NCBI GenBank assembly: GCA_902803055.1
Contig: CADCOR010000321.1
Location: 1 to 54,163, forward strand
Direction of reading: 5' to 3'
Source: an uncultured Erysipelotrichaceae bacterium
Lineage (GTDB): Bacteria > Bacillota_I > Bacilli_A > Erysipelotrichales > Erysipelotrichaceae
Length of the DNA stretch: 54,163 bases
A model generated the notes under the pieces. That model worked only from the letters and a program-made list of their open reading frames with translations, searched no databases and was not told the DNA's origin. Below are positions 47,362 through 54,163 of this stretch, one piece after another. A program made the translations under genes and the position numbers. Each line of letters begins with the position of its first letter. Position 1 is the first letter of the stretch.

Positions 47362-48942
47362 TCATTGTGTTTTCTGTTTGCGCCACTCCCGATAGCCATA
47401 TATGGCAAGCAGGATCCAGGAAACCAGCAAGGTTCCTAGCAGGATCTTTGCAGTCGTCGGCAATGGACCTAAATCCTTATCGCTTTCGATACTCTGAACC
47501 TGATCAAGATGATACAGCGAAGTAACCTTCTCAAACAGAGAATCAAAGTAAGCATCATTGATCGTCTCACCCCTGCGCGCAGACTTGCAGGTGTTTTCCA
47601 CCAGTGAACCAGCCGCATCTCTTAATGATGCCGAGCCGTTGAAGACCGGCGTAATAAACGTATTATCGATATTATCGACCAGCAGTTTAGAAGCATCGAT
47701 CTTGATCTGATAATAGGTCTTGTTGTCTGAACCGGCTTTGGAGAGATAATCGAGATATTCAGCTGAGTTTTGAGCTTTCAGCGTAACCGGCACATAGCCT
47801 TCCGTCATCGCATAGCCGACCTGCACGCTGTTGCTGATCAGAAATTGGGTAAAAAGCCATGAAGCCAATACTTCCTGCGGATCAGCTTTATTGAAGATGC
47901 ACAGTGAAGGACCCTGCGAGATCATGCGGATATTCTTCTGATCAAACTGCGGGATCGGTTTCACGATCGTCTCAAAATCAACCAGCTGTTCTTCCGAGAT
48001 ATCCAGCAACGGCGCATTAGAACCCATCCAGGTCGCACCGGCAGTCGAATCGATTGCGAAGATACATTGTCCGGCATTGAGGAAATTGGCCGGATAAGAC
48101 GAGATCTTGAAAGTTGAGAATGCTCCGCTTTCAGCGTGCTTGCTTATCTGTTTTAATATGTCTCTGGTCGTATCGCTGAAGATCTCGATCGTTCCGTCTT
48201 CCTTGGAATATGGTGCATCAAGCTGTTTCAGCATTGAGATCATCATATTATCCGTTGATTTATATATGAACGGGATCATGATCTTCTGGCCATTGACAAG
48301 ATAATTGCCATCTTCATCCTTGGCCAGGGCAGCTTCACTGACTTCAAAGATATAGTCCCATGTCAGAACATCCGGGATCTCATATCCTAATTTTTCAACA
48401 TAAGTCTTGTTTATATACAAAGCTTCACTCGAACGCATGAATGGCAAGGCATAATGCTGTTCATCGATGATGCATTCATCCAGAAAAGCCTCGACCATCT
48501 CATTTTTCTTCGGACCATCAAACTTCACATCACTTCCACCCAGGCCGTATTTTCCATCTTCAATCAGTTCATCAAGGGCTACGACTGTATTAACACCAGT
48601 CTTATAAGTCGCAATATGATCAGGATAGGAAATACAGACATTTGGTGTCGTGTTAGTGGAAATATTGGTGATGACATCGTTATAGATCCTTGAATAATCG
48701 GTATACAGTTTCAGATTGACTTTGATAAAAGGATAAATTTCCTCAAAGTCACTGATAGCTTTCTTATAGACATTCACCTGATTGATATTAGTATCATTTT
48801 TGGCCCAGAAAGATATCTCATAGCTTCTGTTTTCATCAAACGCTTCCGGGATCGCAAAAACCTGAGCACCTAAAGAACCATGACAGCCGCAGATATTCAT
48901 GAACAGCAAAACTGTGAAAAGGACCTTCAGCAGTTTTCTCAT
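47362..48942 (-). CDS. ABC transporter solute-binding protein (family 1/CUT1-like) with a C-terminal LPxTA-TM-basic tail
   Basis: 526 aa. N-terminal lipobox-like NICGC. Its position follows two CUT1 permeases. The C-terminus is LPTTAKILLGTLLVSWILLAIYGYREWRKQKTQ. Confidence 0.7.
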   Translation of the reverse strand: MRKLLKVLFTVLLFMNICGCHGSLGAQVFAIPEAFDENRSYEISFWAKNDTNINQVNVYKKAISDFEEIYPFIKVNLKLYTDYSRIYNDVITNISTNTTPNVCISYPDHIATYKTGVNTVVALDELIEDGKYGLGGSDVKFDGPKKNEMVEAFLDECIIDEQHYALPFMRSSEALYINKTYVEKLGYEIPDVLTWDYIFEVSEAALAKDEDGNYLVNGQKIMIPFIYKSTDNMMISMLKQLDAPYSKEDGTIEIFSDTTRDILKQISKHAESGAFSTFKISSYPANFLNAGQCIFAIDSTAGATWMGSNAPLLDISEEQLVDFETIVKPIPQFDQKNIRMISQGPSLCIFNKADPQEVLASWLFTQFLISNSVQVGYAMTEGYVPVTLKAQNSAEYLDYLSKAGSDNKTYYQIKIDASKLLVDNIDNTFITPVFNGSASLRDAAGSLVENTCKSARRGETINDAYFDSLFEKVTSLYHLDQVQSIESDKDLGPLPTTAKILLGTLLVSWILLAIYGYREWRKQKTQ

Positions 48943-49805
48943 CCCTTGGTCCCTCCTCTTGATACGCCTTCCATGATCTTCTTATGGAAAATAAGGAAGA
49001 TGATGATCAAAGGCAAAGAAATAACGACAACTGCAGCCATCATAGCCGGAATATTTTCTCGGCCAAATCCTGATTCTCTGATCGTCTGAATGCCATTGGA
49101 AACCAAGAAATAGTTTTCATCATCAGTGATCAGTCTTGGCCAGACATAAGCGTTCCAGCATTCAATAACCTTCAAGATCAGAACCGTCACGATCGTCGGA
49201 CGGCAGATCGGGATCATGACCTTAAACAGATATTTGATGTCACTGGTGCCATCGACCTTGGCCGCCTTATATAACTCATCCGGGATCTGCTCAAAATTCT
49301 CCTTAAGCAGATAGATGTAGAAGATACTGGTAACACTAGGTAAGATCAGGCCCGGGAAACTGTTGCGCAAGCCGGCATTAGTGATCGTGACAAAGTTGGT
49401 GATGATGACCAGTTCATTAGGGATCATCATCAGAGAAAGAAACAAAGTAAAGACCAGATTCTTGCCTTTGAATTCAAGTCTAGAAAAAGCGAAAGCCGAA
49501 AGCACGACGACCACCATCATGATGAGAGTCGTAATCACTGTAAAGATAACGGTATTCAGGAAATAACGAGCTAACGGAACCGCCGTAAAAGCCTGAATAT
49601 AGTTTTCCAGGGTCGGTGACAGGGTAAAAAACTGCGGAATGTATTCGGCATTATAGGCCGCATATGATTTTACAGAAGTCAGAACCATCCAATAGAACGG
49701 GAATAAGACGATGATCGACCACAGAATGAGCAGACCAAAAATCAGGAGCGACCAGCCCAGATTACGCATGCGGCTTTTTCTTTCGAGTTCTCTTATCTTA
49801 TCCAT
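48939..49805 (-). CDS. carbohydrate-type ABC permease (MalG-like)
   Basis: 288 aa, six TM. EAA-loop-like AAKVDGTSDIKYLFKVMIP. Confidence 0.85.
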   Translation of the reverse strand: MDKIRELERKSRMRNLGWSLLIFGLLILWSIIVLFPFYWMVLTSVKSYAAYNAEYIPQFFTLSPTLENYIQAFTAVPLARYFLNTVIFTVITTLIMMVVVVLSAFAFSRLEFKGKNLVFTLFLSLMMIPNELVIITNFVTITNAGLRNSFPGLILPSVTSIFYIYLLKENFEQIPDELYKAAKVDGTSDIKYLFKVMIPICRPTIVTVLILKVIECWNAYVWPRLITDDENYFLVSNGIQTIRESGFGRENIPAMMAAVVVISLPLIIIFLIFHKKIMEGVSRGGTKG

Positions 49806-49807
49806 AA

Positions 49808-50707
49808 TTACTGATAATGCACGTTTTCCTTGGAGACCAGCAGATTGATCAGAGTGATCGTCATGACGATCGCAAACAGGATCAGAGCAGCCGCTGAGGC
49901 AAAGGAAGGATAACCTCCCGAATTGCCATATAACATGTCATAGACATAGCCGACGATCGTATTCATACCGGCGGAATTGAGATCGGTTCCAAATAAAGCC
50001 ACAACATCGGAATAAGCCTTGAAGGCACCGATAAAGCCGGTGATGATCAGATAGAAAAGCGATGGTGAGATCATCGGTAAAGTTATCTTATAGAAAATGC
50101 GCCATTTTGAAGTACCATCAACTCTGGCAACATTGTAGTAGTCTTTATTTACAGAAGCTAAAGCACTGGTCAGGATCAGGATCTTGAAAGGCAAGACGAT
50201 CCAGATCGTATAGAAGCATAAGACAAACATCTTAGCCCAATAAGGTCCTTCGATGAAATCGATTGAAGCGATGCCAAAGGAATTAAGCAGCAGGTTGATC
50301 AGTCCTTCCGAATAAGCTGTCTTCTTGAAAAGGATCATAAACACAAGGCCAACCGCTAAAGTATTGGTCACATAAGGCAGGAAAAAGATCGTCTGAAAAA
50401 GATCCTTGAACTTCTTGATTGAATTAAGTGCTAAAGATATCAGCAAAGCAATACCCGTTGATAAAGGCACGGTAATGATGACCAGAATAAAGGTGTTCTT
50501 TACCGCCTGCAGGAAATACGGATCATGCAGGACATAGGAATAATTATATAAACCGACGCCCTTATAGGTCTGAGAAGCAAAATTGTAGCCTTCCTCGAAT
50601 GAATAGACCAATACATCGATAAGAGGATAGACCATAAAGACTCCGATAAACATCAGAGCCGGTAAAAGATAGAGCCAGCCTTTAAGATTATTCTTCTTGA
50701 ACATCAC
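49808..50707 (-). CDS. carbohydrate-type ABC permease (MalF-like)
   Basis: 299 aa, six TM. VARVDGTSKWRIFYKITLP. Confidence 0.85.
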   Translation of the reverse strand: MMFKKNNLKGWLYLLPALMFIGVFMVYPLIDVLVYSFEEGYNFASQTYKGVGLYNYSYVLHDPYFLQAVKNTFILVIITVPLSTGIALLISLALNSIKKFKDLFQTIFFLPYVTNTLAVGLVFMILFKKTAYSEGLINLLLNSFGIASIDFIEGPYWAKMFVLCFYTIWIVLPFKILILTSALASVNKDYYNVARVDGTSKWRIFYKITLPMISPSLFYLIITGFIGAFKAYSDVVALFGTDLNSAGMNTIVGYVYDMLYGNSGGYPSFASAAALILFAIVMTITLINLLVSKENVHYQ

Positions 50708-51789
50708 AGCACCTTTTCATCTGTTTTGCCAAAGACATGAACTTTGCTGTCCTTAAGTCTGAATCTGATCTTGCCATCTTTATTATTTATCTGCGTATCG
50801 CTCTCCACGATCGCTCTGATATCATCGTCAGAAGTACATTTATTGTTATGACAGACGATGCTGGTATCGCGGCCAGTCGTTTCGATCCGATCAAAGTCGC
50901 AGCAGAAATAACCCTCAGGATCAGGAATAAAGCCTTCCGGTCTGATCGCTACATGGACTTCCTGATCAGGAACATTTCTCTCTCCCACCGCATCATCACC
51001 GATATATACTTTATGATCTCTGACATAGCCATCGAAGACGTTGATTGCCGGTGTGCCCAAGAATTTCGCTACAAACAGATTGACCGGTTTGGAATAGACT
51101 TCCTGCGGCTTGCCCATCTGCATCAAAGAACCACTCTTCATGACGATGATCATATCGGAGATCGACATCGCTTCTTCCTGGTCATGCGTGACAAAGATCG
51201 TCGTGATGCCTGTTTCCTTCTGAATCCTTCTGATCTGTTCCCTGGTCTGCAAGCGCAGTCTGGCATCAAGATTGCTTAAAGGTTCATCCAGCAGCAAAAC
51301 GCCCGGCTGCTTGACTAAAGCTCTGGCGATCGCCACACGCTGCTGCTGTCCTCCGGACATCTCATTAGGTTTTCTCTCCATCAGTTCTTCGATCTGTACC
51401 AGTTTTGCTGCTTCAAGAGCCTTATTATTCATAGTCTCTCGATCCAGCTTCTGTTCACCCTTAAGGTTCTCCAAAGGGAAAACAATATTCTGTCTGACAG
51501 TCAAGTGAGGATATAAGGCATAGTTCTGGAAGACCATTCCGACGCCCCTGTTCTCTGGTGGCAGATCGGTCACATCGAGCTCATCAAAATAGATCCGGCC
51601 ACTGGTCGGTTCTTCTAAACCGCAGATCAGATTAAGAGTCGTTGATTTGCCGCAGCCTGAAGGACCTAAAAGGCCGATCAGCTTACCATCAGGAATCTCA
51701 AAATCAAAATCATTTACTGCCGTAACAATCTCTTTTTTATTGTGCCGGCTGATAAACTGCTTGGTCAGATGTTCTAGAACTATTTTCAT
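50704..51789 (-). CDS. ABC importer ATPase (MalK/UgpC/MsmX type)
   Basis: 361 aa. GPSGCGKST, MSGGQQQRVAIARAL, LLLDEPLSNLD and a C-terminal regulatory-type domain. Confidence 0.9.
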   Translation of the reverse strand: MKIVLEHLTKQFISRHNKKEIVTAVNDFDFEIPDGKLIGLLGPSGCGKSTTLNLICGLEEPTSGRIYFDELDVTDLPPENRGVGMVFQNYALYPHLTVRQNIVFPLENLKGEQKLDRETMNNKALEAAKLVQIEELMERKPNEMSGGQQQRVAIARALVKQPGVLLLDEPLSNLDARLRLQTREQIRRIQKETGITTIFVTHDQEEAMSISDMIIVMKSGSLMQMGKPQEVYSKPVNLFVAKFLGTPAINVFDGYVRDHKVYIGDDAVGERNVPDQEVHVAIRPEGFIPDPEGYFCCDFDRIETTGRDTSIVCHNNKCTSDDDIRAIVESDTQINNKDGKIRFRLKDSKVHVFGKTDEKVL

Positions 51790-51841
51790 TATGTCTTTCC
51801 TCTGCTATGTCTGATCAGTAAATGATCAACAGACAACATAA

Positions 51842-53242
51842 TTATACTGCCGTTACATCAAAATAGAATTTAGTATAGTTATCTTTTTCAGACTCAACGC
51901 CATAATTCATCCCATGAGCCTCAAGAAGCGAACGAGCAACCGAAAGGCCAATACCCGAACCGATATGATGTCTCTTGTGTTCCTTATCAACTTTGTAATA
52001 GCGATCCCAGATATTATTGATATCCTTTTCTTCTATGCCTTCGCCATTATCGTATACATATACTCTATACGTTTTATCATCCAGTTTTTCCGTGCCGATG
52101 ATTATTTCCTTATGTTCCTTATTATTATAGTTAAGAGCATTATTCACAAAATTATATAAGACCTGTTTCATTCTGCGGACATCGATCTCTGCTTCAACAT
52201 CTTCTTTGACATCCAGCTTCAAATCGATACCCTGCACCTCACAATGTTTCTCATACTGATGATAGACTTCATTGAGCAAGGAATTGAGACTGATCTTTTC
52301 CTTATGCAGTTCTGTTTCAATCTGTTCTGCTTTGGAGATATCAATCAGATCATCAACCAGTGTTGAAAGACGTCTGGCTTCATCGATAATGACATTGATG
52401 TTTTCTTCGGTATTTTCTTCCGGCAGATCTCTGATCATCTCACCATAACCGACGATCATCGTCAAAGGTGTACGCAGATCGTGGGTGACATTGCCCAGCA
52501 GTTCCTTCTTGGCAGTCTCAGCTTTATTGATATCCTCATTGGCGGCCATCAGCGTATCGTTTAGCTCCGCAAACTCTTTAGAGCCCGTTTTGATCATTGA
52601 ACCATCATATGCACCCTTAGCCAGATTCTTTGATTCCGCATTGATCTCATTGATCGGCTTGACGATAAAACGAGACAGGATCAAAGCCAGAACGATCGTC
52701 ATCGTCACGATTACGCCTGTGATCAGCAGATACTGTGATTTGATCGTTGATATTGTCGCATCCAAAGGCGTGATGCCTGAAGAGACCAGCACCATGACTT
52801 TCTCGTTATTATAGGTGATCATTTTAGCGAAAATGTAGACATCTTCCGAACGTCCTTCCCGAGGACGCTGATAATGGAAGTTGTCAAACATCTTTTCCTG
52901 ATCCGCCGTCTCGGCTGTTTCAGCAGCGATCTTGTTTATCGTCGGATAATCAAGACCTCTGAGCGTACAGGCGCCGGTATAGCAGTATTCCTCAGCATTG
53001 GAAACGACTCTGACGCAGACTTCGTTGGACATCGAGATATGTTCAATCGAATCCGTGATATCATCTTCACCTATCATCTCAGCGACACTTCTGGCCACAC
53101 TTTCGATGGCATTCATCTTATGTGCCTTATAGAAATCCTCAAGAAAATTGGTCTGAACAAAATAGATCAGACCGATCAGAGCCATGACAAAAGCCAATAA
53201 AATTATTAACAGCTGCCAGCGCAGACTATATTTCTTTTTCAA
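51842..53242 (-). CDS. sensor histidine kinase
   Basis: 466 aa. Two TM segments flank an ectodomain. HAMP-like segment, H-box THDLRTPLT and HATPase (DNGEGI, GSGIGLS). Confidence 0.9.
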   Translation of the reverse strand: MKKKYSLRWQLLIILLAFVMALIGLIYFVQTNFLEDFYKAHKMNAIESVARSVAEMIGEDDITDSIEHISMSNEVCVRVVSNAEEYCYTGACTLRGLDYPTINKIAAETAETADQEKMFDNFHYQRPREGRSEDVYIFAKMITYNNEKVMVLVSSGITPLDATISTIKSQYLLITGVIVTMTIVLALILSRFIVKPINEINAESKNLAKGAYDGSMIKTGSKEFAELNDTLMAANEDINKAETAKKELLGNVTHDLRTPLTMIVGYGEMIRDLPEENTEENINVIIDEARRLSTLVDDLIDISKAEQIETELHKEKISLNSLLNEVYHQYEKHCEVQGIDLKLDVKEDVEAEIDVRRMKQVLYNFVNNALNYNNKEHKEIIIGTEKLDDKTYRVYVYDNGEGIEEKDINNIWDRYYKVDKEHKRHHIGSGIGLSVARSLLEAHGMNYGVESEKDNYTKFYFDVTAV

Positions 53243-53891
53243 AGCGGTATCCTACACCTCTTAAGGTCGTAATATAATTGCCATACTCACCAAGATCCTT
53301 GCGCAGCAGCTTCATGTGTGTATCCAGAGTGCGATCATCTGAATCATACTCATAGCCCCAGACCTTGGAAATGATCTGCTGTCTGGTCAAAGCATTGCCC
53401 ATATTCTTCATCAGATAAAGAAGCAGTTCATATTCCTTATTGGCCATATCAACACGCTTGCCATCAACAGTCACAGCGTGCGCATCTTCATCTATGCATA
53501 AACCCTTTACCTTCAAGGTATTGGTGATCTTATTATCTCTTTTGAGAATGACCTTGATCCTCATCATCAGTTCTTTAGGTGAAAAAGGCTTGGTCACATA
53601 ATCTTCAGCACCGATATCAAAGCCATAGATTCGATCATATTCCTGACCCATCGCTGTCAGAAAGATACATGGTACGTCTTTGATCTCTTTCATCTGTTTG
53701 AGTGTTTCAAAGCCATCCATCTCCGGCATCATCACATCAAGAATCACCAGATCAAAATCTTCATTCTTATATTGTTCCAGTGCCTGCTTGCCATCACAAG
53801 CCATGACAAACTCATGGCCTTCATGCGAGGCATACTTGCCGATCATCTCTCTGATCTTTTCTTCGTCATCAACAATTAATAGTTTTGCCAT
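53226..53891 (-). CDS. OmpR-family response regulator
   Basis: 221 aa. Receiver domain LIVDDE..LDVMMPEMDG..KPF. Winged-helix output LRGVGYRF. Confidence 0.92.
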   Translation of the reverse strand: MAKLLIVDDEEKIREMIGKYASHEGHEFVMACDGKQALEQYKNEDFDLVILDVMMPEMDGFETLKQMKEIKDVPCIFLTAMGQEYDRIYGFDIGAEDYVTKPFSPKELMMRIKVILKRDNKITNTLKVKGLCIDEDAHAVTVDGKRVDMANKEYELLLYLMKNMGNALTRQQIISKVWGYEYDSDDRTLDTHMKLLRKDLGEYGNYITTLRGVGYRFEKEI

Positions 53892-53935
53892 AATTTTATC
53901 CTATTCTATAAATGTGAAAACAAACTGAATTTTTA

Positions 53936-53965
53936 CTGACAATTTTAATAAAACTATTATATAAT
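53936..53965 (+). promoter_or_regulatory. promoter of tRNA-Gln
   Basis: cTGACA-18 nt-TATAAT, ending 12 nt before the tRNA 5' end. Confidence 0.5.
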
Positions 53966-53977
53966 AGTTATTGACCT

Positions 53978-54053
53978 TGCGGATTAGCCAAGCGGTAAGG
54001 CAGTGGACTCTGAATCCACCATTTCGAAGGTTCGAATCCTTCATCCGCAGCCA
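53978..54053 (+). tRNA. tRNA-Gln (anticodon CUG), CCA encoded
   Basis: Acceptor TGCGGAT/ATCCGCA, D-arm GCCAAGCGGTAAGGCA (as in E. coli tRNA-Gln), anticodon loop CTCTGAA, T-loop TTCGAAT, then GCCA. Confidence 0.9.
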
Positions 54054-54061
54054 AGCGTACT

Positions 54062-54089
54062 AAGCCCTTAAAAAAGGGCTTTTTTGTTT
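54062..54089 (+). terminator. terminator after tRNA-Gln
   Basis: aagccctt-aaaa-aagggctt followed by ttttgttt. Confidence 0.75.
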
Positions 54090-54163
54090 CATTCTTTTGT
54101 TTTGTTTAGTTTACAGATTCCGACAAAACCGGAATTGATCTGTGTGAACTACTCGGTAATTGA

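Overview
The window looks like a gene-dense, mostly core chromosomal segment of a low-GC Gram-positive bacterium (Bacillota). Supporting markers are the RNA polymerase delta subunit (rpoE), Bacillus-type DnaB/DnaI helicase loaders, CIRCE-groESL, an ecfA1-ecfA2-ecfT-truA block, and the polA-mutM-coaE-dnaB-dnaI order. I call about 55 CDS, of which about 45 are on the minus strand. There are three tRNAs: Thr-CGU, Arg-CCU and Gln-CUG. I see no rRNA, CRISPR array, transposase, integrase or prophage genes.

Housekeeping genes I recognise are trxB-like, nrdD, nrdG, pfkA, dnaI, dnaB, coaE, mutM, polA, trmB, pnp, truA, ecfA1, ecfA2, ecfT, fba, ispF, rpoE, murD, murI, rubrerythrin, groES, groEL and gap.

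The parts that deserve a second look:
1. An anaerobic RNR module (141-4720). NrdD carries a C-terminal NrdH/glutaredoxin-like CPKC domain. The activase NrdG is fused to an N-terminal MarR domain. The adjacent TrxR-like flavoprotein lacks the NADPH HRRxxxR motif. The promoter carries twin TTGAA-N2-TTCAA palindromes.
2. A tightly packed minus-strand gene string (45164-37752). It encodes a PlsC-like acyltransferase, a B12-binding radical SAM enzyme, a permuted NlpC/P60 (LRAT/YiiX-like) protein, GtrA, a GT2 fused to a MarR-like wHTH, two uncharacterised proteins and an Amidase_6-domain protein. This is my best candidate for an undescribed envelope lipid/glycan modification system.
3. A FemAB-like tRNA-dependent transferase whose stop codon abuts tRNA-Thr with zero spacer.
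4. A stand-alone HxxxDG condensation-like acyltransferase paired with a polytopic membrane protein.
5. An ABC solute-binding protein with both a lipobox and an LPxTA-type C-terminal sorting signal.
6. A ParB/Srx-like::metallophosphoesterase fusion.

All family assignments come from motifs I read in the translations. No database search was run.
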